A stretch of DNA of 62,151 nt, the filler included, from Thermodesulfobacteriota bacterium (GTDB lineage: Bacteria; DASVDK01), in NCBI GenBank assembly GCA_036381125.1. It is 6 parts of 6 records of this genome, joined end to end, with 100 filler letters (N's around TTAATTAATTAA, not from the genome) between each part and the next. Parts side by side here need not be neighbours in the genome. Positions count along the whole stretch, not along the records: positions 20,657 to 27,615 come from DASVDK010000207.1; positions 27,716 to 42,871 come from DASVDK010000208.1; 4 more parts are not named here. One strand, 5' to 3'. Below, in pieces: positions 25,517-33,988 of the stretch (position 1 is its first letter; the number at the start of each line of letters is the position of its first letter). The position numbers and the translations under genes are program-made. The notes beneath the pieces were generated by a model, which worked only from the letters and a program-made list of their open reading frames with translations, was not told the origin of the DNA and searched no databases.

Positions 25517-25721
25517 CACCGGAGCGGGCACGCGGGCTGCGTGAGCGGCCCGGACTTCCTGAGGGGTTGCCTCTCCGGTCAGCCCTGGCATGGGCCTCCC
25601 GCCTGCGGCACCCCGCTCACGCGGCGTCCCCGCCTCGGCTCGCGGCCCTCGGCCCTCTACCGGCTCTGCCCGCTTCGTCGGCGGACGCCCGGGCGGAGCC
25701 CGGAACGCCGGCAGCGCAACC

Positions 25722-26189
25722 TCAGCCGAACAGCGCCTCCGGCTCCCGGATCCGCTCCCGCGCCAGCGCGGTCGCCACGCCGTACACCGCGTGCGCCGAG
25801 ACCATCGTCGCAGTGGTCGCCGGGCTCTCCTCGCCGTCCGGACCGTCGTAGATCCCGAGCGCGGGCAGGATGCCCAGGTAGCTCCCCGCCCACACGAGGC
25901 CGCCGAAGACGAGCCCGGCGGGTACCGGCGAGGCCGGCGGGCGTCCGGAGGCGAGCGCGTAGAGGGCTCCGCACACCGCGCCGTAGCCGACGTGCGCGGC
26001 CACCCACGACGCCTCGAAGGCGGGCCCTGACAGCACGCGGTCGGTCCCGGACTGCCGGGCGATCCGCTCGGTGATCCGACGGGGCGGCGTGGACTCCATG
26101 AACCCGGCCGTGCGCGCGATGACCAGCAGGGCCGACATCGCCGCCGTGCCGATCACACCGGCCACTCCGCCGAGCAGCAGTGTCCCCAT
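25722..26189 (-). CDS. Hypothetical membrane protein
   Basis: GGAGG RBS; about 4 TM helices; 'AHVGYGAVCGALY', 'AHAVYG'. Confidence 0.7.
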   Translation of the reverse strand: MGTLLLGGVAGVIGTAAMSALLVIARTAGFMESTPPRRITERIARQSGTDRVLSGPAFEASWVAAHVGYGAVCGALYALASGRPPASPVPAGLVFGGLVWAGSYLGILPALGIYDGPDGEESPATTATMVSAHAVYGVATALARERIREPEALFG

Positions 26190-26431
26190 AGACACCTCCG
26201 CCTCGCCGTCCTGCCCCAGGCATGCCGGCCGCCGGGCAGCCGCGGCCGCGCCGTGGGTGGGCTCACGCACGACGTGTCAATCGTCACTCCCGAGGGGCCC
26301 GCTTGGTGCGGCAACTGCAACTGATCGAACCGGTCGGCGGGCGGAGCGAGGACTCGGCGTCGCAGCCGCCGAGCGCGTACGCGTCGGTCCGTAGGCTCCG
26401 CCGGGCCAGGCCACAGCGACAGGAGGCACGC

Positions 26432-27259
26432 ATGCTACGACCCGCCACGGAGTATCGGGGCCTGTCGATCGAGGCGAAGGACGGCGCCCTCGGCCATGTG
26501 GGCGATCTCTTCTTCGACGACGAGAGCTGGACGATCCGCTACGTCGTCGTCGATACGGGGACGCTGCTGCCCGGACGGCAGGTGCTGATCTCGCCCATGG
26601 CGGTGACCGGCATCGACTGGGCGAAGCGCACGATCGGGCTCGCGCTGACGCGCGAGCAGATCGAGAAGGCCCCCGGCATCGACACCGACCGGCCGGTCTC
26701 GCGCCAGGAGCAGCTCCGGCAGGAGGCGATCTACCACAACTACTACGGCTGGCGATACTACTGGGGCGGCCCCGGGCTCTGGGGCGCCTCCGGGACCCCG
26801 ACGCCCATCCCGCCGGCCGCGCCGGGCGGCCACCCGGGCGCGACCCGGCCGGAGGACGAGGTCATCGAGGCGGCCGAGCAGATGCAGATGGGCGACCCGC
26901 ACCTGCGCAGCATCGGCGAGGTCCTCGGCTACCACATCGAGGCCGCCGACGGCGACATCGGCCACGTCGAGGACTTCCTCGTGGACGACTCGAGCTGGGC
27001 CATCCGGTACATGGTCGTGGACACGAAGAACTGGTGGCCCGGCAAGAAGACGCTCGTCGCGCCCGAGTGGATCGAGAGCATCCGGTGGAACGACTCGCGC
27101 GTCCGCGTCGACCTCTCGCGGGAGGCGATCAGGCAGGCCCCCGAGTACGACCCGAACGCGCCGGTCTCGCGCGACTACGAGACGCGACTCTACGCGGCGT
27201 ACGGCCGCACGGTCTACTGGATCGAGGACGGACGGCTGCGGCAACGCCGGCAGGCGTGA
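26432..27259 (+). CDS. Tandem PRC-barrel domain protein
   Basis: AGGAGG RBS; two repeats of 'A.DG.IGHV.D...DD.SW.IRY.VVDT'. Confidence 0.88.
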   Translation: MLRPATEYRGLSIEAKDGALGHVGDLFFDDESWTIRYVVVDTGTLLPGRQVLISPMAVTGIDWAKRTIGLALTREQIEKAPGIDTDRPVSRQEQLRQEAIYHNYYGWRYYWGGPGLWGASGTPTPIPPAAPGGHPGATRPEDEVIEAAEQMQMGDPHLRSIGEVLGYHIEAADGDIGHVEDFLVDDSSWAIRYMVVDTKNWWPGKKTLVAPEWIESIRWNDSRVRVDLSREAIRQAPEYDPNAPVSRDYETRLYAAYGRTVYWIEDGRLRQRRQA

Positions 27260-27615
27260 CCGGCGTGGCGACCGGGGGCCGGCCGGAGGTCGTCGTGGTC
27301 ACCGGCGCGTCGGCGGGCGTCGGCCGCGCCGTCGTCCGCCGCTTCGCGCGCGACGGCGCGCGGATCGGCCTCCTGGCCCGGGGGCCTGATGGGCTCGAGG
27401 CCGCACGCCGGGAGGTGGAGGAGCTGGGCGGCCGGGCGCACGTCGTCCCGACCGACGTCTCCGACGCGGAGGCGGTCGAGCGGGCCGCCGCGTCGGTCGA
27501 GGAGACCCTCGGGCCGATCGACGTCTGGGTGAACGACGCCATGGTGTCGGTCTTCGCGCCCTTCCGCGAGATGACGGCCGACGAGTTCCGCCGGGTGACG
27601 GAGGTGACCTACCTC
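27256..27615 (+). CDS. SDR-family oxidoreductase (3' truncated by gap)
   Basis: 'VVVTGASAGVGRA', 'GPIDVWVNDA'; GTGA overlap with the upstream gene. Confidence 0.88.
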
Positions 27616-27715
27616 NNNNNNNNNNNNNNNNNNNNNNNNNNNNNNNNNNNNNNNNNNNNTTAATTAATTAANNNNNNNNNNNNNNNNNNNNNNNNNNNNN
27701 NNNNNNNNNNNNNNN
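27616..27715. other. Artificial contig linker
   Basis: N-run + TTAATTAATTAA + N-run. Confidence 0.98.
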
Positions 27716-27879
27716 ATTCTGCGCGCCGTCGCTGGGCTGTGCGAGGCACCACCCGCACGGCAACCGTACAACCCTAACCCGAAGAGGAGATCACCCGCCA
27801 CTCCGCACCCCGATGCCGGGGGACCGGGCCGCTCCGTGGTGGAGCGGACACCAACCCGAAACAAGGGAGGACAGGCTCC

Positions 27880-28695
27880 ATGCCATTCCGCACGTTCGTC
27901 ATTGCCGTGATCACCGCGGCGTGGCTCGCACCGGCCTTCGCGACGCACGCGTCGGCCGCCAATCTCGACGTGATGTCCTACAACATCAACTGGGGCGCCC
28001 CGAGCGGCAAACGCCTCGACGCCATCGCCAAGGTGATCGCCTCGAGCGGCGCCGACGTGGCCGGCCTTCAGCAGGTACGCCGGTTCGCGCGCGTCGCGAA
28101 GAAGGGCAACTACGGGTGCGTCGACCAGCCCAGGAAGCTGGTGAGCGCGCTCCAGCGCTACACCGGCGACCGGTGGTACTGGGCGTACGCCGCCAACACG
28201 AGCGCGCGCCAGAGCTCGAAGCACTGCAAGAGCATCACGAGCACGCCGCGCCAGGAGGGCGTCCTCATCGTGAGCCGCTACCCGATCTCCCACGCCGAGG
28301 CGCACAGGCTCCCGTACTCGCGCGGCCTCGCCCGCGCCCTCGTGAACGCGCCGGGCGGCCCGGTCGCCGTCTACACCGTGCACCTCGACTCGGGCTCGAC
28401 GGGCAAGCGAGCCGTCCAGGCGCGGCGCGTGGCCGACATCATCCGCAGGGACCGCACGCCGTCGATCTTCGTCACCGGCGACATGAACGACAAGCCGGGC
28501 AAAGCGCCGCTCAAGGTGCTCCGCGGCGTCGTGAAGGACAGCTGGGCGCAGGTGGGGAAAGGCTCGGGGGCGACGCGCAACGCCCGCATCGACTACGTCC
28601 TCTACCGCGGGCGGGCGAAGCCGCAATCGGCCCGCGTCATCCAGACCTGGGTCTCCGACCACAGGCCGGTCGTCGCCCGGTTCTCGGTCAACTAG
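27880..28695 (+). CDS. Secreted endonuclease/exonuclease/phosphatase (EEP) family protein
   Basis: GGGAGG RBS; signal peptide; 'VMSYNI', 'GLQQV', 'HLD', 'GDMN', 'IDYV', 'SDHRPV'. Confidence 0.88.
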   Translation: MPFRTFVIAVITAAWLAPAFATHASAANLDVMSYNINWGAPSGKRLDAIAKVIASSGADVAGLQQVRRFARVAKKGNYGCVDQPRKLVSALQRYTGDRWYWAYAANTSARQSSKHCKSITSTPRQEGVLIVSRYPISHAEAHRLPYSRGLARALVNAPGGPVAVYTVHLDSGSTGKRAVQARRVADIIRRDRTPSIFVTGDMNDKPGKAPLKVLRGVVKDSWAQVGKGSGATRNARIDYVLYRGRAKPQSARVIQTWVSDHRPVVARFSVN

Positions 28696-28700
28696 GTGGA

Positions 28701-29735
28701 ATGGTCCGGCGACATGGCCGAGCCGCCGGCGCGCTCGCGCTGGCGGCGATCGGCACGCTGATGATGCCCGCGGGCGCCGCCCGCTCCGCGAACCGCGGAC
28801 CGGGCGGCTCTGCGTCCGACACCGCGTCGCTCTGGGTCCAGGCCGCCCGCGGCCGACTTTCGGTCGCGCTCGACGAGGCGCCGCTGCCGGCCGTGCTCGA
28901 CGCGATCCGCGCCGAGACCGGCGTGGCGGTGTCCGTCCACGGGTCGGTCGCGCGCGAGGTGTCCGACCAGTTCCGCGGCCTCACGTTCGAGCGCGCGCTG
29001 CGCCGCCTGCTCCGCCCGTTCAACGTCGCGTTCGTCTACCGGCCGCGGCGCGGCGGGGCGCCGCAGCTCGAGAAGGTCGTCGTCTATCCGGCCGCCGAGG
29101 CCGAGCGGCAGCCGGCGACCACGCGGCCGGCGGCGCCGCCGGCCGAAGGCCCGGGCCGGCCCGTGACCGCGGCCGAGCACGGGCCGGCGCCGTCGGGCCC
29201 GCCGCTGCCGCCCGAGACGGAGGCGCGGCTCGCCGCGCTCGCCCGGCTGGGCCCCTCCGCGCCGGCCGGCGCCGGCGCGGAGCTGGACGCGCTCATCGCC
29301 GACCCCGACCCGGCCGTGCGGCAGCGGGCGCTCGAGGTGGCCGAGGCCACGCAGCTCGCCTCGCCCGACGCGCTGCGCCATGCCGCGCTCGCCGACCCCG
29401 ACCTGCAGGTTCGCTGGGCGGCGCTTGCCGCGCTCGTCGCCACGGCCGGCCGCGAGGCCGCGATCGCCGCGGCCGAGGGGGCGCTGTCGAGTCCGTCGCC
29501 CCAGGAGCGGCTGGCCGCGGTCGAGGCGCTCGGCGAGCAGCTCGGAGGCCGGGCGGGGGAGGAGGCCGCGCGCAGGGCCCTCGCCGATCCCGACCCCGCG
29601 GTGCGCGCCAAGGCGGCCGAGATCGTCGCCATCATCGAGGAAGGCGAGGCGGTGGCGGCCGACGAGGAGGACGACGACGAGGCGGAGGAGCCCGACGACG
29701 GGGCCGACGCGGGCGGCAGGCGGGAAGGGGGCTGA
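28701..29735 (+). CDS. Exported protein with secretin/TonB N-terminal-like domain, HEAT repeats and acidic tail
   Basis: Signal-like N-terminus; 'LSVALDEAPLPAVLDAI...LTFERALRRLL'; repeated 'ADPDPAVR'; tail 'DEEDDDEAEEPDD'. Confidence 0.7.
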   Translation: MVRRHGRAAGALALAAIGTLMMPAGAARSANRGPGGSASDTASLWVQAARGRLSVALDEAPLPAVLDAIRAETGVAVSVHGSVAREVSDQFRGLTFERALRRLLRPFNVAFVYRPRRGGAPQLEKVVVYPAAEAERQPATTRPAAPPAEGPGRPVTAAEHGPAPSGPPLPPETEARLAALARLGPSAPAGAGAELDALIADPDPAVRQRALEVAEATQLASPDALRHAALADPDLQVRWAALAALVATAGREAAIAAAEGALSSPSPQERLAAVEALGEQLGGRAGEEAARRALADPDPAVRAKAAEIVAIIEEGEAVAADEEDDDEAEEPDDGADAGGRREGG

Positions 29736-29747
29736 CGCGGCATCCGA

Positions 29748-29777
29748 TTGACAGCCGACGGGCAGGGTCGGTACCGT
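29748..29777 (+). promoter_or_regulatory. Sigma-70-like promoter of the nitroreductase gene
   Basis: TTGACA-N18-TACCGT. Confidence 0.5.
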
Positions 29778-29846
29778 TCACGCGGCGGCGGCGCCGGCAC
29801 CCGATGCCGCGCGCGCCACGTTCCCTTTCCCCGAAGGAGGCGACGC

Positions 29847-30407
29847 GTGGACGTCCTCGACGCGATCCGGACCCGGCGCAGCATCGCCGTCTACTGTGCC
29901 GACCCGGTCCCGAAGGGGAAGCTGCGCGCCATCCTCGAGGCCGCCACCTGGGCGCCCAACCACCGGCACAACGAGCCCTGGTTCTTCCACGTGGTGGAGG
30001 GCGAGGCGCGCGCCCGACTCGCCGACCGGTTGCTCGAGGCGGCGCGTGCGGACGCGGGCGGCGACAAGGCCCGGGGCAAGGTCCGGACGACGGCCGAGCG
30101 GATCCGCAACACGCCGACCGTCGTCTTCGTCCAGACCTTCGCCGCGGCGACGCCACACGACACGGAGGAGAACTACGCGGCGGCCTGCTGCGCCGTGCAG
30201 AACCTGCTCCTGGCGGCACACGCCGAAGGGCTCGGGGCGATCTGGCGCACCGGGGTGCCGTGCGAGCACCCGGTCGTCAAGGCGTTCCTCGGGGTCCCCG
30301 GCGACGCCAAGCTCGTGGCCGCCGTCTTCCTCGGCTTCCCTGCGGCGCCCGCACCACCCCAGACCCGGCGCCCGCTCGAGGAGCGGGTCCGCTTCCTCGC
30401 CGAATGA
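29847..30407 (+). CDS. Nitroreductase family protein
   Basis: AAGGAGG RBS; 'DAIRTRRSI', 'APNHRHNEPWFF', 'AVQNLLLAAHAEGLGAIW'. Confidence 0.92.
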   Translation: MDVLDAIRTRRSIAVYCADPVPKGKLRAILEAATWAPNHRHNEPWFFHVVEGEARARLADRLLEAARADAGGDKARGKVRTTAERIRNTPTVVFVQTFAAATPHDTEENYAAACCAVQNLLLAAHAEGLGAIWRTGVPCEHPVVKAFLGVPGDAKLVAAVFLGFPAAPAPPQTRRPLEERVRFLAE

Positions 30408-30593
30408 CCCGCCGGCGCACCCTGCCGGGCCTCCTGGCCGCGACGTTGATCGCCGGACCGGCGGCCGCGAACGGCGTCCTCGCCTTCATCGTGAAGAGCT
30501 TCACCGGCGGACCACCTTCGTCATCGACCCCGGCGGCCGCGGCGCTGCGCGCGTGCGGCGGCCGGTGACCGCTCCACTCGACAGCTCGGGAAC

Positions 30594-30630
30594 AAAAAAA
30601 GCCCCGACCCGGCGTACGCCGGGTCGGGGC
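30594..30630 (-). terminator. Rho-independent terminator
   Basis: Perfect 30-bp palindrome GCCCCGACCCGGCGTACGCCGGGTCGGGGC followed by T7 on the minus strand. Confidence 0.85.
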
Positions 30631-30755
30631 GCGTCGGGGCCGGCCCTGAGGCCGGCATGTGGCCGAAACGAAGGATCTCGCCGTAGGAAGAGTCCCTCGG
30701 GCCCCCCGCGGAGCGAGTGCGGGGACATACGGACCTCGGGCTGCTCGGCGAGCAG
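30594..30755 (-). ncRNA. Candidate orphan structured sRNA of about 160 nt
   Basis: Bounded by a TTGACA-N18-TAGTAT promoter and an intrinsic terminator; several hairpins; no credible ORF contained. Confidence 0.6.
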
Positions 30756-30760
30756 GGTCC

Positions 30761-30790
30761 ATACTACGGGCAGCCGGAATGGGCTGTCAA
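30761..30790 (-). promoter_or_regulatory. Sigma-70 promoter of the candidate sRNA
   Basis: Minus-strand TTGACA (30790-30785), 18-nt spacer, TAGTAT (30766-30761). Confidence 0.7.
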
Positions 30791-31049
30791 CGCGCGTCGC
30801 GAAACTAAATTATGGCGAACTGACGATAACTTATGCGGTGTCAAGGGCTTTTGACCGCGCACCGACGACATTTTTCGCGAGGGCCGGGCGCTCGCGCCCC
30901 CGGCGGCCCCGCCCGTCGCCGCCGGGGCTGCCGGCCCACAGGGGCAAAAGCCGGGCCCTGAGGCCCCATTTTCGGCACCGCCTTCGGCCGCCGCGCAGCA
31001 ATCGGGTCGCCTGATACGGCAGGCGAGCGTCCACTGACTAAGAATTTGC

Positions 31050-31078
31050 TTGCCTGCCGAAACGACCGGGTGTAGCTT
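31050..31078 (+). promoter_or_regulatory. Sigma-70-like promoter of the response regulator
   Basis: TTGCCT-N17-TAGCTT, 9 nt before the ATG. Confidence 0.55.
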
Positions 31079-31087
31079 CCCGACGCT

Positions 31088-31738
31088 ATGGAAACCCACA
31101 TCCTCGTCGTCGACGACGACCCGAGCATTCGAAGCTTCCTGAAGACCGCGCTCGAGCGTACGCCGGGCCAGCACGTGGAGGTGGCCTCCGACGCCGCGAC
31201 CGCGTTGACCATGGTGCGCCACGGTCAATACGGTGTCGTCCTGGTCGACCTCCGGCTGCCGGGTCAGGGCGGGGCCGAGCTGCTCCGGACGCTCAAGCAG
31301 GAGCGGCCCGATCTCCCGGTCATCGCCATCACGGGGGCGGCGACGACGGAGGAGGCGCTGCAGGCGATCCGCCTGGGCGCCGTCGACGTCATCCTCAAGC
31401 CGATCTCCCTGCCGCAGCTCAACGAGGCGATGCAGAAGGGGCTCGCCCGGCGCCAGGCACCGGCCGCGGTGGTCGACACCGCGCTGCCGCTGCTCGCCAT
31501 GCGCGAGAAGGCGGTGCGCCAGCTCGAGCGGGACTACCTGATCCGCGTGCTGACGGAGGAGCGGGGTCACCTCGGGGCGACTGCGCGTCGTGCCGGCGTG
31601 AACGCGAAGACGCTCTACGAGAAGATGCGCGCGTACGGCCTCCGCAAGGAGGACTTCCGGCGCCGGGGCGGCTTCGCCCGCGCCGCGACCGCCGCCTCCT
31701 CGTCCTCGTCCCCGTCGCCCGCCCCCTCGAACGCCTAG
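31088..31738 (+). CDS. Response regulator: REC domain + Fis-type HTH, no AAA+ domain
   Basis: 'ILVVDDD', 'DLRLPG', 'ILKP'; NtrC-like tail 'LERDYL...GHLGATARRAGVNAKTLYEKM'. Confidence 0.85.
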   Translation: METHILVVDDDPSIRSFLKTALERTPGQHVEVASDAATALTMVRHGQYGVVLVDLRLPGQGGAELLRTLKQERPDLPVIAITGAATTEEALQAIRLGAVDVILKPISLPQLNEAMQKGLARRQAPAAVVDTALPLLAMREKAVRQLERDYLIRVLTEERGHLGATARRAGVNAKTLYEKMRAYGLRKEDFRRRGGFARAATAASSSSSPSPAPSNA

Positions 31739-31852
31739 CGGGCAGAGCGCGGCGGCCGGCGAGAATACGCCGGCTCGCGGCGACCTGCCGACCGGCGCCG
31801 GTGGCCCGACCGATGGGGAGTGGTGCGGCCCTTGCGCGAGGCGGCGCGGCCG

Positions 31853-32980
31853 CTACCGCGCGAGGAGCCGCGTCCGCAAGGCCTCCGTGCGCTCCGGCTG
31901 CGCGGGGGCGTCCTCGAGCGCCAGGGCCGCCCGTCGAGGCGGCCGGCCTGCCAGCTCCACGACGCCCGAGCCGGGCCGTCTCCCCTCGGAGGCGGCCGCG
32001 AGGGTGATCCGGTGCGCGAGGCGAGCGGGCATGCGCGCCAGCACCTGGGCGGCGAGGGGCGAGCCGCCCTGCAGGCCGGCGTCGGCGAGGGAGACCACGG
32101 GGGCGAGCGCCGTGCGGGGCGACGCCTCGAGGAGGCCGAGCAGCGGCGGCACGAGGTACGCCTCCGCCGTGTCGAGCAGGAGCAGGAGCGGCATGGCCGG
32201 AGCCGGCCGACTCTCGATCGCCACCCGCAGGTCGGCCAGCACGAGCGCGGCGAGCGAGGCTGCGAGCGCCTCGTCCGCCACCACCCCGAGCCCGACGTAG
32301 AGCAGCCCTCCGCCCTCCACGACGGCGCCCAGGTCGATCTCGTTCGATTCGGCCATGAGCGGCGCCGCCCCGTCGTTCATCAGCAGACGATCGAGTTCCT
32401 GCGCGAGACGCCGACGCCAGGTGGCGGGGCCGACCACCGGGAGGCCGGCCTGCGCGCGCGCGAGGCGGCGCCGGTCCGACGGCTCCGACTCGGCGAGCCG
32501 GCGACGCACCGCGGCCAGGGTGAGCGGGCCGCCCTCGTCGAGCAGGCCGGCGACCAGCGCCTCGGCGCCGCGCCGCGTGGCGCCGTCCACGGCCGACCCG
32601 GCGCGGCGCGCGGGGGGTGCGCCGAGGTGCAGGAGCAGGCTGGCGAGCGGCGCGAGCCCCTTGCCGGCGAGCGGGTTGTACCGATGGCTGCGCGACGGCG
32701 TCGACGGCTCGTAGAGCCGCACGACGTCGAGCCGGTCGGCCTGCTCCGCGGCGGCGAGGAAGGCGCCGAGGGCGCGGCGCGAGGGCCGGCCCTCCAGGAA
32801 GACCGCTCCGCCGCCGCGCGCGACCTGCCGGGCGAGCAGCGCGAGGAGCACGCTCCGCTTGCCGCCGCCCGGTGGACCGCCGACGGCGATCCCCTCGAGG
32901 AGCTCCCCCTCGGTGATCACGATCGGAGCGCCGTCATCCTCCGACCGACCGATCGACAGCGCCGGCGCGCTCCGGTCCAT
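31853..32980 (-). CDS. Degenerate TraD/VirD4-like (type IV coupling protein) P-loop protein
   Basis: 'GPPGGGKRS' Walker A-like, 'RSHRYNPL', 'EIDLGAVV', Walker B-like 'LLLLLDTAEAY'. Confidence 0.55.
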   Translation of the reverse strand: MDRSAPALSIGRSEDDGAPIVITEGELLEGIAVGGPPGGGKRSVLLALLARQVARGGGAVFLEGRPSRRALGAFLAAAEQADRLDVVRLYEPSTPSRSHRYNPLAGKGLAPLASLLLHLGAPPARRAGSAVDGATRRGAEALVAGLLDEGGPLTLAAVRRRLAESEPSDRRRLARAQAGLPVVGPATWRRRLAQELDRLLMNDGAAPLMAESNEIDLGAVVEGGGLLYVGLGVVADEALAASLAALVLADLRVAIESRPAPAMPLLLLLDTAEAYLVPPLLGLLEASPRTALAPVVSLADAGLQGGSPLAAQVLARMPARLAHRITLAAASEGRRPGSGVVELAGRPPRRAALALEDAPAQPERTEALRTRLLAR

Positions 32981-33053
32981 GGCCGCACACCCTACCCCTG
33001 GGCAGGGGGGTTGGCAAGCCAAAAGCCGGGAACGCCTCTGCTATGCTCGTCCC

Positions 33054-33956
33054 ATGTCCGACCCGGTCGTCCCGCCTGCGGCGCCGCCCGACCCCGCCGA
33101 TCTCGCCCGGCGCGTCGCGCTCGCGCGCCGGCTCGCCGGCGAGGCGGCACACGTGGCGGTGCGCCGGTGGCGTGCCGGCCGCGTCGTCGCGGAGCTCAAG
33201 GCGGATCAGACGCCGGTCACCGCGGTCGACCGCGAGATCAACGACCTCCTCGTCCGCCGGCTCGCCGAGGCCGACCCCGGCACGCCGATCGTCGGCGAGG
33301 AGGGGAGCCTGCGCGGCGCGCCGGGCGGCTGGTGCTGGTTCGTCGACCCGATCGACGGCACCGCCGACTTCGTGGCCGGGACCGGGCAGTGGATGGTCCT
33401 CCTCGGCGCGACCTTCGGCGGCCGCCCGGTGCTCGGCGTCGCGGCGCGGCCGCTGCCGCCCGCCGACCAGGGCGCGCCGAGGATCTACTGGGCCTCGGCC
33501 GGCGGCGGAGCGTGGCAGGAGCCGCTCGCCGGCGTCGAGGGCAGCCTGGCCGAGGGGGACACCGGCCCCTCGGCCCTGCACGTGAGCGAAGTCCGCACGC
33601 TCGAGGCGGCGCGCCTGCTCGTCGGCAAGAGCCGGCATCGCGAGGGGTTCCTCGAGCGGCTTGCCGCGTTGCCCCACCGCACCCTGCTGCAGGTCGGCAG
33701 CCTCGGGCTCAAGGCGGTCCTCGTCGCGCAGGGGAGCGCCGACGCCTACGCGTCGGCGAGCCTGCAGACCTCGGTGTGGGACCTGGTCGGCCCCTCGGTG
33801 ATCGTCGAGGAAGCCGGCGGTCGGATGACCGACCTGTCGGGCGCGGCGCTCACCTTCGAGACCGACGATCCGACCTGGCGGCGGGGCCTCATCGTCTCGA
33901 ACGGTCGCGTCCACGACGCGCTCGTCGCCGCCTTCGAGGAGCCGTCGGCCCGTTGA
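33054..33956 (+). CDS. Inositol monophosphatase/CysQ-family phosphatase
   Basis: 'PVTAVD', 'GEE', 'WFVDPIDGT', 'VGSLGLK', 'WDL'. Confidence 0.9.
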   Translation: MSDPVVPPAAPPDPADLARRVALARRLAGEAAHVAVRRWRAGRVVAELKADQTPVTAVDREINDLLVRRLAEADPGTPIVGEEGSLRGAPGGWCWFVDPIDGTADFVAGTGQWMVLLGATFGGRPVLGVAARPLPPADQGAPRIYWASAGGGAWQEPLAGVEGSLAEGDTGPSALHVSEVRTLEAARLLVGKSRHREGFLERLAALPHRTLLQVGSLGLKAVLVAQGSADAYASASLQTSVWDLVGPSVIVEEAGGRMTDLSGAALTFETDDPTWRRGLIVSNGRVHDALVAAFEEPSAR

Positions 33957-33988
33957 GACACGACCCGCCGCGTGGTACCCTCGCGCGC

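Noticed and set aside
27716-27879. Possible riboswitch upstream of the EEP gene (hairpin CCGCTCC/GGAGCGG)
   Set aside because: No recognisable aptamer consensus and the region is truncated by the contig edge
30501-30728. 75-aa minus-strand ORF inside the candidate sRNA
   Set aside because: It runs through the intrinsic terminator, has low-complexity composition and no recognisable motifs
33957-33988. SAM riboswitch upstream of metX
   Set aside because: Only 32 bp of intergenic sequence, occupied by a promoter; no room for an aptamer
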